A DNA stretch of 64,000 bases from Eledone cirrhosa (Eukaryota), in NCBI GenBank assembly GCA_964016885.1, contig OZ024742.1, positions 60,636,001-60,700,000 on the forward strand, in the 5' to 3' direction. The position numbers and the translations under genes are program-made. A model generated the notes under the pieces. The model saw only the letters and a list, made by a program, of their open reading frames with translations, ran no database searches and had not been told where the DNA came from. This document shows, piece after piece, positions 1 to 13,421 of this stretch (the stretch's first letter is position 1; the number at the start of each line of letters is the position of its first letter).

Positions 1-7
1 TGATACA

Positions 8-40
<33 letters not shown>

Positions 41-41
41 T

Positions 42-72
<31 letters not shown>

Positions 73-329
73 GGGACAAAAGACCAGGTCACTACATGGT
101 AGATAGAAATAGTATTCCAATCTCCCTCAAAATAGAGAAGGTCAGTTTAAGACCTACTTGCGAGCATATATTGTATAAGCCTATGTAGTAGAATATTTAC
201 ATAGTTTTAGACCTAGTAAAAGTAGCAAAAAAGTCTCCCTCAAGTCACACCATACTCTGTTACGTACTTACCTACCTTCCTACCTCTCTCTATCACTCTC
301 TGCATATATATATATATATATATATATAT

Positions 330-472
330 AACGAAGGAAATGTGGTAAGGAACCAGGTGGACCATAACGCACCAAAGTACTCAATACTTGAGGTAGTAGA
401 GTGGGTAATAGGAACCAGTAAGACCCCGACAGCTGAGCTCAAGCCGTTTCGACGGCTAATTCTGGACAGAAT
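330..472 (-). mobile_element. Family A short copy: 3' tail of the PLE at 57592-60562, with the 3' half of its HHR
   Basis: Reverse complement of 60425-60562 and 2888-3025; abuts (TA)n; breaks at ...attctggac|agaat. Confidence 0.85.
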
Positions 473-507
473 ATATATATATGTGTGTGTGTGGGGGGGT
501 CTGTGTC

Positions 508-539
<32 letters not shown>

Positions 540-579
540 TATGTGTGTGTGTGTATGTGTGGTAAATATATATCTACTA

Positions 580-1650
580 TCAAAGAGATAAATATAGGGA
601 AATCTCCGTTTGGATGAAGTACCTGTTGAGCTGATTCACTTTGGAGGAGGCAATATTGCCACTCATGGGCTAATTTTATCAGTATGGCATGGAGAGCTAT
701 CCTACAAGGCTGGGTAGATGCCATTTGCTCTCGATTTACAAGTGCAAAAGCTACAAGTCGGAATGCGGTGATTATCGTGGCATAAGTCTGCTCGAATCGG
801 TAGGAAAAGTCTTATCCAAGGTCTTGCTGAATCGTCTAATAAAATGGATTTGCCCTGGTGTCATCCCTGAGACCCAGTGTGGATTCAGAGCTGGGTGGGG
901 TACTATGGACATAATTTTCTTAGCCCGTCAACTATGGAGAAGTGTGTTATCCAGCAAGTGTTACTTTACCAAGTATTTGTGGACCTTACCAAAGCCTTTG
1001 GTACTGTTAATCGTAGTGCATTGTCGGTCATATTGAGTAAACTTGGATGCCCTCGTGAGTTTGTTGGAATATTTAGAAAATTCCATCAAGATATGAAAGC
1101 AAAGGTAAACTTCAATGGGACACTTTCAGAGCCAATTTCATTGAAAAATGGTGTTGAACGAGGTGACATACCTGCACCCACTCTATTCTCCATCTACTTT
1201 GCCGTGCTGCTGACATGTGCCTTCCAAGATTTCGAAATCGGTGTATACTTGCGAATTAAAACCTCTGGCAAAGTATTTAATCTCAGACGATTTAACACCA
1301 AGTCCAAAAATGTTAGCACTCTTGTTAGGGAGTTCCTATATGCTGATGAAGTAGAAGACATGCAGTTGATATTGGACACCATTTCCAATGCATGTACTGT
1401 GTTTGGGCTAAATATTCTTCTAAAAAAGACAAAGGCCATGTACACTTCCCCAGTTGGGAAAGTGTATGTGTAGTCAGACGTTTTAGTGAGAGGAAAATGA
1501 TAGGTATTGGCAGGAGACAGACAGTTTAAGTGTCACATCTGTGAACATATCTGCAAAACAAAAGTGGGTGTGAAAAGTGATTTGCGTGCACATGACCGTG
1601 CAATGATCAATGAAGGGATGGCACTCTTCTGACAAGAAGTAACAATCAAC
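580..1650 (+). pseudogene. Decayed RTE-clade LINE reverse transcriptase fragment
   Basis: Frameshifted ORFs 689-1036 and 877-1473 carry DYRGISLL, ETQCGFR, FVDLTKAF, NGVERGDIPAPTLF and EFLYAD. Confidence 0.9.
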
Positions 1651-1888
1651 ATATATATATATAAGACAAAAGAGCGAGGCCACTACACGATAGCTGGGCA
1701 TAATAGAAATAGCTGCTAATTCTCTCTCAAATTACACCCTACAGTCTTATGTTTGTATGGGCTAATAGTAACTAGACTAAAATTAGTAGCCAAATCGTCC
1801 TCATTCTATACATTTGTCCATCTAAGTGTGAAAGCGTTACCGGAACATAGTAAATTGATTTTGTCTACCCCCGGGGTGGGGGGGGGGG

Positions 1889-3025
1889 GGGTTAGACAAG
1901 GGCTGAAAACCCCACTTGCCGATTTTGTAAGGGGTAACCCCTGCTTACAAAGGTAGACGTAACTTTTTTATCTGTTCCTCTATATTTCCTTCTTCCCCCC
2001 ATCTGTTCCTAGTCCTTCCACCCCAGATCTCCTTCCTTGTCTTTTTTTCACCGTTTCGCCTACCCCGATGCAGCCCATCGGTCCTCTGAAACCTCAGTAT
2101 ACCCACCCCCCTAATTTTAAGATAGAATTGGCCGATTACGCTTTTTATAGCAGATGTGTTAGACCCCAGTAAATTCTTTTCTTTCTGGTTGCTGCTCCAT
2201 TGCACTAAATTTCTTAGTGGTATTTTTGTATTAGTATTCTTGTATTAATATTTCTGTATTAGTATTCTGAATTAATATTTCGTATTAGTATTTTTGTAGT
2301 AGTATTTTAGTATTTTTGTTCTCCACTTATTAACTTGTCATTGTAAGATAGCATTGGCTGATTACTAACTAACTATAGCAGTGGTGTTAGACACCCTGTA
2401 AAGCCGGCTTTATAAAATTATTTCACTACAATCTCGTATTTAGTATTTTTCTCCACCTATTAAACTTTTCTATAGCTTAACAATACCAATGAGAGATTTG
2501 GTGATTGTGGAAATGGGGTAGTAACCAGAAATTGTTTTTATATATTTATTTCCTTATTTTTATAATGGTTTTTTTGTTTACTCCCTTTCGATTTACCTAT
2601 TCTTTCAACCTCCCGCCCTTCTCCAGTACACTTTTTTCAATCTTCTATACACTATCCTTAGAATCTGCTGTATAGATTACACTTTCAACGCTTGGCTGGG
2701 TTTCCCCCACTCCCTCTTTGTTCTACCGGCAAGTTCAGCTACCCCTACCTCCCACCAAATGCCATGATATAATCATCTTTACAACACATTTTTGACTAAT
2801 CCTTTTGACAATTACTATCTTCCCATATAAGGAATTACCCCCCGAGAAGTTCGGCTATTTATTCACCGGGCTAAAAATTCTTATTTAGTCCAGAATTAGC
2901 GGTCGAAACGGCTTGAGCTCTGCCGTCGGGGTAATACTTGTTCCTATTACCCACTCTACTAGCCTAAGTATTGAGTACTTTGGTGCGTTATTGTCCATCT
3001 GGTTCCTTACCACATTTCCTTCGTT
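1889..3025 (+). mobile_element. Family A: diverged copy of the long PLE 3' UTR
   Basis: Colinear similarity to 59226-60562, from gtagacaagggctg to ccacatttccttcgtt; ends at (TA)n. Confidence 0.85.
2834..2935 (+). ncRNA. Type I hammerhead-like motif, long stem II, atypical core CCGAGAA (family A)
   Basis: attacccc-ccgagaa-[~55 nt, cggcta.../...tagcgg]-gaaa-cggc ttgagctct gccg-tc-ggggtaat; stem I is 8 bp. Confidence 0.6.
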
Positions 3026-3037
3026 ATATATATATAT

Positions 3038-3124
3038 AGTTATGTAATAAGCAACATAAGATAATAATTCATTTACCAATGGTTTCTTGAAGAGATTGAC
3101 ACTTATGTCCGTCTTCATTCATCA
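3038..3124 (-). ncRNA. 5'-truncated hammerhead plus tail (family N)
   Basis: Minus strand tgatga-atgaaga..gaca taag tgtc..tcttcaa-gaaa-ccattgg-ta-aatgaa; tail matches those after 31812 and 54352. Confidence 0.7.
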
Positions 3125-3150
3125 TATATATATATATGTATATATAGTAA

Positions 3151-3330
3151 TAATTGTTTCTACTTTTGGCACAAGGCCAGCAATTATATCAGTGTATTAC
3201 TGGTACTTTATTTAATCGCCCCCCGTAATGATAAAAGTCAAAGTTAACCTCGGCTGGATTTGAACTCAGAATGGTAAGTGCCTTAAATCTATGCTTGATG
3301 TCCGACTCTCTACAGATACTGCCAATCGAC
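3151..3330 (-). mobile_element. SINE copy (family with gagttcaaat B-box-like motif)
   Basis: Similar to 13189-13377 and 41580-41762. Confidence 0.75.
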
Positions 3331-3444
3331 AGTAATAATAAAATCCGAAGAGGGCTCTATAAGGATTATATATACATATATATACACACACACATACATA
3401 TACATATATACGCATATATATATATATATATATATATATACATT

Positions 3445-3484
3445 CCGAGCTGAAGATCCGCTGAGGTGAAACAATTGTTCTCAG
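3445..3484 (+). ncRNA. Minimal type I hammerhead
   Basis: gag-CTGAAGA-tccgctgaggt-GAAA-caattg-TT-ctc; palindromic stem III ACAATTGT; weak stem II. Confidence 0.65.
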
Positions 3485-3581
3485 TATGGTGAACTAACTG
3501 TTGGGTAACCACTTCTACCTAACTCGTCCCTTGGACTGAGTGGTCTACCACTACGGATATTACCTTCCAGTGTTCCACCAC

Positions 3582-3647
<66 letters not shown>

Positions 3648-3649
3648 CA

Positions 3650-3826
3650 GTGGAAGAGACCGGAGTCACTCGGGGCAACTGTTGATGCCTTTCTCCACCT
3701 TTCACGGGCCTCAGTGACCTCTGACCGTCTTTTCTCTTCAAAAGAGTCTTTGGCGCGTCTGGTAAGGGCTCGCTACAAAAGTCTTGTCCTGAGCATGGGA
3801 CTCGAGTTGTTTTGGAGTGATTCCAG
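3650..3826 (-). mobile_element. Short fragment of the RTE LINE 3' region between microsatellites
   Basis: Near-identical to about 5490-5667. Confidence 0.9.
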
Positions 3827-3840
3827 TATATATATATATA

Positions 3841-3891
<51 letters not shown>

Positions 3892-4020
3892 GTATATATA
3901 TATATATGTGTGTATATATGTATATATGTGTATGTGTGAGTATGTGTGTATATATGTATATATATGTATATCAACAATATATATATATATGTGTATATAT
4001 GTATGTATGTATATATTTAC

Positions 4021-4104
<84 letters not shown>

Positions 4105-4692
4105 CTCTGTGTGTGTGTGAATGTGCTTGTAGACACCTGACATATAGGCATTGTTAGCTTAAGAGAAACTTAAAAATAAGGAGTGGCACCCCAATTTGAA
4201 CTTGTTTATAGAATTCTTTCTGTTTGTCTCTCTAAATATAAATTATAGCTTTAAAGAATTAGCTTTTAATGAATTCCCTTTTCTTTCAACCAATGACCTC
4301 CACCCATCCCACTCCTCGCCCTCTCCTACCACCGGAAAAGATATAAATACCAACATATTTACTTGGTCAGACAGATTCCTAATGATTTCTCACGAATGAA
4401 ACAGTTCTAGGCCTGTAGAATCTCTTCTATATTAAAACTATATATATATATATATATAAATGTAAGTATGTATGTATGTATACGTACATACATATATGTA
4501 TACAGACGTACAGTAGTATGTATATATATACATACAGGCACACATATATATATATATATATGCACGTATCGGTTTACCGAACATTTATTATAATGCTCGG
4601 TTTGTTTGTTTGTAAACAAACAAACAGCCCGAATTACGCTGTACAGTGTTTAGGCAACCACGTCACCTTATTGTTCAACACTGACACAGGAG

Positions 4693-4733
4693 CGATGTAC
4701 TAGTTTCAAACTTATTAGCTATCGTCAGCATCG
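4693..4733 (-). ncRNA. Minimal type I hammerhead (family B2)
   Basis: cgatg-CTGACGA-t-agct aata agtt-t-GAAA-ctag-TA-catcg. Confidence 0.85.
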
Positions 4734-5049
4734 TATACGTTCCTGCCAGATGGTTGAACGTCTGAAAGTATATACTTTCCTTATGAATATTAATGGCTGA
4801 GCAGCCTAATTTACATATCGAGTGAGTTTTGTCGGCGGGCACACCGAAAACGATAAATGGAATAGAATAAACGAAATTTCATTTCTCACTCTTAGTACGG
4901 CAATTACTTAAATGTAAGTATGTATGTATGTGTACGTACATACATATATGTATACAGACGTACAGTAGTATGTATATATATATATGTATGTACGTATACA
5001 TACATACATATATACTGTCAGACGTTCAACCATCTGGCAGGAAGGTATA

Positions 5050-5090
5050 CGATGCTGGAGATAGCTAATAAGCTTGAAACTAGTACATCG
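5050..5090 (+). ncRNA. Hammerhead copy with mutated core CTGGAGA (family B2)
   Basis: cgatg-ctggaga-tagctaataagctt-gaaa-ctag-ta-catcg. Confidence 0.7.
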
Positions 5091-5370
5091 ATCCTGTGTC
5101 AGTGTTGAATAAAAAGGTGACGTGGTTGCCTAAACACTGTACGGCGTAATTCGGGCTGTTTGTTTGTTTACAAACAAACCGAGCATTATAATAAATGTTC
5201 GGTAAACTGATACGTGCATATATATATGTGTGCATGTATGTGTATATATACATACTACTGTACGTCTGTATACATATATGTATGTACGTATACATACATA
5301 CTTACATTTAAGTAACTGTCGTACTAAGAGTGAGAAATGAAATTTCGTTTCACTCGTATATATATATATA

Positions 5371-8300
5371 TCTTGGTTATCCATCGTAAACGATGATATC
5401 TTCTTTATTCTAGTTCCCGTCTGCCGTGGGCACGATGGTGGCTGTGGAGGCCGATCCTTGACTTGCAGGTCCGGGGACAGGGGGGGGGGGAGAGACCGGA
5501 GTTGCTCGGGGCAGCTGTTGATGCCTTTCTCCTCATATCACGAGCTTCATTCAGTGACCTCTGCCGGTCTCTTCTCTTCAAAAGAGTCTTTGGCGCGTCT
5601 GGTAAGGGCTCGCCACAAAAGTCTTGTCCTGAGCATGGGACTCGAGTTGTTTTGGAGTGATTCCAGTGTTGTTGATACTGAACTTCACGCAGTCTTTGAA
5701 CCTCTTGAGAGGCCCGCCCCGCTTTCGTTTCCCCGAACAGAGTTCCCAATACATCAGTTGCTTCGGAAGCATGTGATCCTCCATCCGGCTGACATGTCCC
5801 ACCCAGTCGGCTCTTCAGTATCATATCTTCGACACTGGTTGTCTCAGCCATGTCAAGAACTTCGAGGTTGGAGATCTTGTCCTTCCATTTGATGTTCATG
5901 ATTGACCGCAGTTTACGCATGTGGAACAATTCCAGCTGCTTCAGGTGCCTTCTGTACAGGGTCCATGTCTCACATACGCAGAGGAGGCTGGAGAGAACTA
6001 CGGCCCTGTACACCTTGAGCTTGGTGGACTGCATGATGCTGTGCTGGTTCAGGAGGACAGGTGTCCTCAGGCGGCCAAGGGCTTGACTGGCCTTGCAGAT
6101 CCTGGCATTTATCTCCTTGTCGAGGCTTCCAACGCTGCTGATGACACTGCCGAGGTACTTGAAGTCGACCACTGTCTTTAGCTGGATGCCTCCGATGGCG
6201 ATGGAAGGAGGGTGGGCGACGGAGGCAATTGCAGGCTGGAACAGGACCTCATTCTTGCCAAGGCCAATTGTGAGGCCGAAATGGCAGGAGGCTTGTTGAC
6301 GATGACTTGGAGGTCACACTCCCTGTGGGCCACGAGGACACAGTCTTCAGCAAAAAGTGCCTCCAGGAAGATCCCCTGTACGGTCCTTTTCTTGGCCGTC
6401 AGGCGCCGCAGGTCAAACAGGGACCCGTCCAGTCTGTATCGCAGATACACTCCGTGGTCCAGCTCCCTGACGGCATGCTTGAGCACGCAGGTGAAGAACA
6501 TGGCGAAGAGGACGGGAGCCAGCACGCTTCCTTGCTTGACGCCGTTGTTGATTCCGAACGGCTCCGATGCCTCACAACCCAAGCGCACATGCCCGGTCAT
6601 GTCGTCATGGAATTGCCGTATCAGGTTCATGAACTTTGTCCGGCATCCAAACTTCGACAAGATCGACCAGAGGGCCTCTCTGTTGGCAGTGTCGAAGGCC
6701 TTCGTCAAATCTATGAAGACAGCAAAGAGGTCCATGTTCTGCTCGACACACTTCTACTGCACCTGGCGTACAGAGAAGATCATGTCGATCGTGCGGTTTG
6801 GGCGAAACCTACAATGGGTCTCAGGCAGGTTGTCCTCCGAGATGTTGGCGATGAGGCGGTTGAGCATGACCCGTGCCAGGACCTTCCCAGCGATGGACAG
6901 GAGAGAAATGCCTCCATAGTTGCCACAGTCAGTTTTGCTGCCTTTGTTCTTAAAGAGCGATACAACTGTGGCATCCCTGAAGTCTTTGGGCAACTTTTCT
7001 TCCTCCCATATGCTGACGAGGAGGGTGTGGAAGGCCCCCAGGGCAGCTGGACCGGCCGACTTGAAGATCTCGGTAGGAATCCTGTCCTTTCCAGGAGCCT
7101 TTCTTGAGCTGGTCTGATTGCCTTCGTGACTTCAACCAACGTGGGAGAGAGATCGAGGCTGCTGACTACGGGTTTCTGTGGGAGCTGGTCGAGGGCGGCA
7201 GGTTCGACAGTAGAGAGCCTGTTTGAGCAGGTTGCTGAAGTGCTCTCTCCACCTCGAGTTGATGCTGCTCTTCTCCTTCAGCAAGGTCGAGCTGTCAGGA
7301 GACAGCAGCGGTGTGGTGACATGCTTGGGAGGTCCGTAGACGTCCCCGATGGCGCTGAAGAACATCTTGGAGTTCTTTGTGTCAGCGTACCTCTCGACTT
7401 CTTCGGCCTTCTTTTCCCTCCACTCGTCCTGTATTCTGCGTAGCGCTGCTTGGGTCTGCCTCTGAAGGTGCTTGGAGCGGTCGCGCTTCGAGGTGGAGGA
7501 GCTGTAAATTTGCCACTTAATGAAAGCCCTCCTCAGCTCGTCCTGGAGTTGTGTGATGCGCTCAACGTTTTCATCAAACCAGTCCTGGTGGACTCTCTTC
7601 CTCGGCCCGATGGTTGGCTTGACTGACTCTGTCACCAGCGACCTGTATTGGTCCTACTTTGAATTGGGGTCCGGTCAGTGGTCCATGGACAGTCAGCCGG
7701 CCGTCCAAGTCTTCCGCGAACGCATCACGATGCTCTGGCTGCTTGAGTCGTGCGACATCTAAAGCTGGCCTACAGAGTTTCGGAGTCTTGCGATGCGTCG
7801 AGGTGATGTGCAGTGACAGGATGATCCTGACAAGGCGATGGTCGGTGCAACACTTTGCACCACGCAAGGCCCTGGTAATTCTGACATCACGGGTGTCCCT
7901 CCGGCGGCATATGACAATGACAATCAGATGCCACTGTTTGGAACTGGGATGCATCCATGTCGTCTTGAACTTGTCTGCCAGGCGGAACAGTGTACTGGTG
8001 ATGGTGAGGTCGTTCTCGGCGCAGAAACTCAACAGTATGAGGCCGTAGTTTTTAGCTTCCCTATGCCGTGGGGTCCCAGCACGCCTCTCCAATTGCTGCT
8101 GTCAGACCCGACTCTTGCGTTGAAGTCCCCCAGTAGGATGAGTTTATCGCTTGGGGGACGCCCTTCACGAGTGCGTTGAGTTCCCCGTAGAAACGTCCTT
8201 TGCTTCATCGCTGCTAGTGACTAAGACATGCCGAGATGGGTCGAGGGGGAAGCGGCGCTTCATCAGCCGCTCACTCACAGGTGTTGGGAGGTCTGGTAGC

Positions 8301-9340
8301 TGCTTGCAGAGTGAAGTCCTGATGGCCAAGCCTACCCTGTGAATTCTGTCCTCGTCCTTTGCATTGCCCTTCCAGAAGCAGGTGTAGTGTCTTTTCGGTT
8401 CTGCTACTGATCCTTCTTAGGCGAGGCTAGTCTCGATCAGGTAGCGAGCTAATCCCCTTGCTATGAGGGTAGTTCTTCTCTCTGGCCTCAAGGAGGTTTC
8501 CTTATCCATGAGGGTGCACACATTCCATGCGCCAAGTATCAAGTTCTTCTTTCTATTATGTTGGTTTCTACCACTTGGAAGGGTAAAACCGCCAGCCGCG
8601 GTAGAGTGGCCGGCTTTGAGTGGGACGAGCATTTGGTTAGGGCTCCTTTTATCGCTCCTCCCCTCGTGCGAGGGTGAGCAGTGCTTCCCTGAAAGGGACT
8701 GCCCAGTCGCCCGGTGGAACGCCTGATCTCCTCTGTCATCCCAGGGTCTGGCAACGTGTGGGTTTGAGACTATCAACTCCCAGAGGTTACCTCTGCCTCT
8801 CTCCCATCACCGCAGGGCTTTGGGAGTGCACGCTAAAGAAGAAACGTGTGCAGGAAAGGTTTATAATGGGCGGGTCAGTGCACAATGACGATCCCACTCA
8901 CTCAGTCGCAGAAGCCAGAATCCGGTGGTACGGAGGACCGTCACGACCAGGGACTTCCTTGGCTGCAGTGGATGGCCACGCCGTCTGTAGTGCCTTGCCG
9001 TGCTCTAGCGCTCCACACCGCTTGCTGTCGCCTTTTTCGTGACCGTTGGGACGATGTTGTCCTTCTTCACTCACTCCGCCGGGTCCAGTCTACGCATGCA
9101 GGGGTAGGCATCGCCTATCTAACTCACCGGGTGTTTCAGGCCCGTCCGGCTACCCTCAACATGGTTCGTCCCGCCAGCCAAAACTGTTTACAAGGGGTGT
9201 GGCCGCTGTCACATACTACAGCTTCTTGGGGCCACAGGTGAGAGCTGAGTGTCAGGTAGGACCTAATGCAGGACGAGCTGTCCTGAAAAGGGTATGGCTA
9301 GCCCCACTACAGATGTACATGCCCCTTCCTGACACCCCAG
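5371..9340 (-). mobile_element. Near full-length decayed RTE (BovB-like) LINE: 5' UTR, APE endonuclease, RT, C-terminal Cys/His motif
   Basis: Frameshifted ORFs carry LILGAWNV, TTWMHP, TDHRLV, NYGGISLLSIAGK, FIDLTKAFD, GVKQGSVLAPVLF, FKYLGS and CPRTCKSRIGLHSH; short 3' UTR runs into (TA)n. Confidence 0.95.
9153..9338 (-). ncRNA. Degenerate HDV-like ribozyme candidate at the RTE 5' end
   Basis: P1 ggggtgt/acacccc, P3 ggc/gcc, hairpin gctgt..acagc in L3, J4/2-like acgaa, partial P2 ctctca/tgaggg; P1.1 GG is absent. Confidence 0.4.
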
Positions 9341-9603
9341 GCATATACACACTCATAAACATACACATACATATGTACATATGTATAAACATATTTACAC
9401 AATTTTGGATGACCGTTGACTCAAAGAGTTCTTCCACCCTTTGTCAGGTTTTGTTTTTTGTCCTGCAGGGTGTTCAAAATCACCCTCCTCACTAAGTAAA
9501 CTTGGTGGGGTTGCCAGATTAATCTCCGACGATAGGAACATGCGACAGGTTGTACTGGTTTACATGTTACCAGTAGCACTCAAGAGTGACGTGACACATA
9601 TAT

Positions 9604-9675
<72 letters not shown>

Positions 9676-9702
9676 TTGCGTGTGTGTGTATGGTTTGTGT
9701 GT

Positions 9703-9830
9703 GGAGGCACGTAGAATAGTGGTAAGGGTGTTGGGCTTACGATCATAATGTCGTGGGTTCGATTCCTGGGGTGTATTTTGTGTTCTTGAGCAAAACACTT
9801 CATTTCACGTTGCTCCAGTATGAGTACCAG
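9703..9830 (+). mobile_element. tRNA-derived SINE head
   Basis: A-box-like tagtggtaag, B-box ggttcgattcc, then tgtgttcttgagcaaaacactt; related copy at 22761. Confidence 0.7.
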
Positions 9831-10182
9831 CAATAGCTCTCAGTCGCTTCAGGCCATGAAACCGGGATAAGTACCAGCCAAATTAACCTTCTGGCTTGAG
9901 ACAGACTTTAGACTTACATATATATATATATGAGGGCTGACTGAAACGTTCATAGAAAATGTTCAGTAATGTCATAATTATTTCTTATGAATGATAAGTT
10001 CTAGTCGTGTAGAAATAATTTCTATATAAAATAAAGATCTCTATACTCTACTAAAGTATTGTGTACCTTTTATAACTGTGGCCACCACCCATATATACAT
10101 CGAGGATCTATCTATATATATATGCACACATGGGTTCACATCTATGGTTTGCTAAATTATTGAGGAACAAACTCTCTCTCGT

Positions 10183-10279
<97 letters not shown>

Positions 10280-10585
10280 AGAAAGAGAGAGTGAGTGAGT
10301 TTAAATGATTGGTAACACAAGAACATATTAAGCTCAATGTGATTTTATAGTCCACAGCAAGATAGGTAAGAAACAGTTCAGAGTTTGATATATTCCACAA
10401 TATTCCACATATAGATATATACATATGTATGTATGTATAGAAACTTGCAATACATTACATGTAGTTTTGTCCTAAAGCTCGATAAAAGTTTAGTTTTGGA
10501 GCGGTTCTTCCGTTACACTTTGAGGGCTATAACTGGACGCCGAAACAGATATCTTACATACATACATACTTACATACACATGCTT

Positions 10586-10681
<96 letters not shown>

Positions 10682-10724
10682 AACACACACACACACACAT
10701 ACACAAATACATTTTTTATATATG

Positions 10725-10798
<74 letters not shown>

Positions 10799-10811
10799 TG
10801 TATATATAGTC

Positions 10812-11013
10812 TATTTTGCAATACACTGTATGTTTAATTAAAAACATTTTGAAGACCTTACGCTATTGTTTTAGAGTAGTGACAGTCTCACTTACTTTAA
10901 ATTTTCAGCAAACTTGCTGAAAATTTAAAGTAAGTGAGACTGTCACTACTCTAAAACAATAGCGTAAGGTCTTCAAAATGTTTTTAATTAAACATACAGT
11001 GTATTGCAAAATA
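10812..11013. repeat. Perfect palindrome, 100-bp arms, 2-nt spacer
   Basis: tattttgcaatac...cagcaa-ac-ttgctg...gtattgcaaaata, flanked by TA-rich tracts. Confidence 0.95.
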
Positions 11014-11904
11014 CTCTATATATATATATCCATATATATATCACTATTTCAGAGCACCAAATTTTAATTTACATATATATATATATATATATATATAGGA
11101 GGAAGTTATAGTTCACTTGAAGCATTGTGTAATGAGGTATAAACGTTTGTATATGTATAATAAAGCCAAAACAATGCAGGTATGGACATAGAATAAAGAA
11201 TGCAAATGCAAAAGATATTGTTGACAATTAGTCTTTTACCTTAGATTTATTTAAATGTCCTTAATTTTCGAGATAATATCTCTCCTTTGGAGGGAAGTAA
11301 AGCGGTTAAACCAGTGTTCTAAATAGCTTGCCAAGCCGTGCTGACAGGAAATGGTATAGAGTATCTGTTCTATCTCTAATGTCAAAGAGTTAAGGTTAGG
11401 TGGATAAAGAGTAGTCTCCCTTTAAAAGGGTTTTTTTTTTGTACATGCCTGTTTAAATGTGTGGGAGAATGTGTGAGGTGTAAGTATGTGTGCGTGTGTG
11501 TGTGTGTGAGTGAGAAGATATGTCTATACGTAAATGTGGGGGATAGATGTTATCTCGTGTTAGAACTGATCTTTGTATGTGTGTGTGAGAGAGAATAAGT
11601 GGAGGGTAACCGTGTGTGTGTGTGTATGTGTGTGTGTGTGTGTGCGCGTGTATGTGGGAGCGGGGGGGGGGGGTGTAAATATGGGGCTAGATGCTATATC
11701 AAGTTATAAATTGGGTGTTGATTTCTAGTCTATGTGTTTTGTCTATAATTAGTGCTTCCTTAATTCTAAGATTGCCGAGGTTTCTTTCTTTAGTTTCTAT
11801 CCTAACTGTTATGGTTTTGTCGGTGTTTTTGCAAATAACTAGGTGTTTCTTAAATGAGGAGGCGTTAGTATTGAGGGGTTCTTTTATTCATATGTGGTTT
11901 TTAT

Positions 11905-12635
11905 TCCACACTTACTTCTATAAAAAAGCCGCCAGCAGGGACCTGTTCGTACATTTCAGATCGGCCCTTCCAGCCAGCGCTAAGTTCATATACATAAGGA
12001 CCGAACTAACACGTATCCGGAACAAATGCACCGACGCTAGAGACCGAGACACACACACCACACATTTCCTGGAAGTACTCAAAATGAACGGATACACGAC
12101 ATCCACCACAAACGGTGCCAGAAAGAACAGAGGACACCACACTCGAGGCACTAACACTTTCTTCCTGAAGCTCCCACACTTCAGTGACGAAACAACAACA
12201 GCCATCCGCAGAGCTATCAGATGAGAGGGACTAGATATCCAACTGGCCCACTCAGGTCCTTCTCTACGCAGACAGCTAATCAAAAGACACTCCACCAGAC
12301 GTGACAACCTGTGCAGGCTAGCCAACTGCCCCAACAGACCTATGCCACCAGGCTTATGTCGTATACAGACTAGAGTGCGACAAATGCAGCAACTTCTACG
12401 TAGGTAGCACCACCAGACCATTCCACATAAGAATAAAAGAACACCTCAATACTAACGCTTCCTCATTTAAGAAACACCTAGTTAAATGCAAAAACACCGA
12501 CAAAACCATAACAGTTAGGATAGAAACTAAGGAAAGAAACCTCGGCAATCTTAGAATTAAGGACGCACTAACTATAAACAAAACACAACCACCAATCAAT
12601 AATAGACTAGAACTCAACACCCAATTTATAACTTG
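11905..12635 (+). pseudogene. PLE C-terminal RT thumb plus GIY-YIG endonuclease (one stop, one frameshift)
   Basis: YKKAASRDLFVHFRSALP...FFLKLPH; shifted frame VVYRLECDKCSNFYVGSTTRPFHIRIKEH...PPINNR. Confidence 0.9.
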
Positions 12636-13039
12636 ATATAGCATCTAGCCCCATATTTACACCCCCTCCTACACACACGCACACGCACATGTACCCCCCC
12701 CCCCCCCACACACACACATACACACGCTTACACCTCCACTTATTCTCTCTCACACACACACATACACACACAAAGACCAGTTCTAACACGAGATAACATA
12801 TATCCCCTACATTTACGTATAGACATATCTTCTAACACTCACACACATACTTACACCTTACACATTATCCCACACACTTAAACAGGCATGTACAAAAAAA
12901 AAACCTTTTAAAGGGAGACTACTCTTTATCCACCTAACCTTAACTCTTTGACATTAGAGATAGAACAGATACTCTATACCATTTCCTGTCAGCATGGCTT
13001 GGCAAGCTATTTAGAACACTGGTTTAACCGCTTTACTTC

Positions 13040-13074
13040 CCTCCAAAGAAGAGATATTATCTCGAAAATTAAGG
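13040..13074 (+). ncRNA. Degenerate minimal hammerhead (core CCAAAGA); inverted copy at 11259-11293
   Basis: cct-ccaaaga-a-gagat att atctc-GAAA-at-ta-agg in the PLE 3' UTR; G5 lost. Confidence 0.5.
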
Positions 13075-13188
13075 ACATTTAAATAAATCTAAGGTAAAAG
13101 ACTAATTGTCAACAATATCTTTTGCATTTGCATTCTTTATTCTATGTCCATACCTGCATTGTTTTGGCTTTATTATACATATACACGA

Positions 13189-13377
13189 GGGCGGTGGATT
13201 GGCAATATCGGTAGAGGGTCGGACGCCATGCTTTCCACCATAGTTACGTCCCTTTACGATCTGAGTTCAAATCCCGCCGAGGTTGACTTTGCCTTTCATC
13301 CTTACGGGGTCGATAAAATAAAGTACCAGTAATGCACTGGGTATTTGCTGGCCTTGTGCCAAAAGTAGAAACAATTA
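13189..13377 (+). mobile_element. SINE copy
   Basis: gagttcaaatcccgccgaggttgactttgcctttcatccttacggggtcgataaaataaagtaccag; at least 5 copies in the window. Confidence 0.8.
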
Positions 13378-13390
13378 TACATATACAAAC

Positions 13391-13421
<31 letters not shown>

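Larger units (their letters stand above)
4458..5357. mobile_element. Family B retrozyme-like element, subfamily 2 (about 450-nt period plus inverted partial copy)
   Basis: aaatgtaagtatg recurs at 4458 and 4910; 5017-5357 is the reverse complement of part of the unit. Confidence 0.85.
11148..13184 (+). mobile_element. 5'-truncated Penelope-like element with inverted 3' duplication
   Basis: 11148-11897 is the reverse complement of about 12423-13184; the centre encodes the RT thumb region and GIY-YIG. Confidence 0.9.

Noticed and set aside
5458-9495. Plus-strand ORFs overlapping the RTE element
   Set aside because: They are antisense shadows of GC-rich LINE coding sequence.
12222-12224. In-frame TGA in the PLE ORF as a possible selenocysteine codon
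   Set aside because: The context (IRRAIR*EG) fits CGA>TGA decay, the copy also has a frameshift, and no SECIS was seen.
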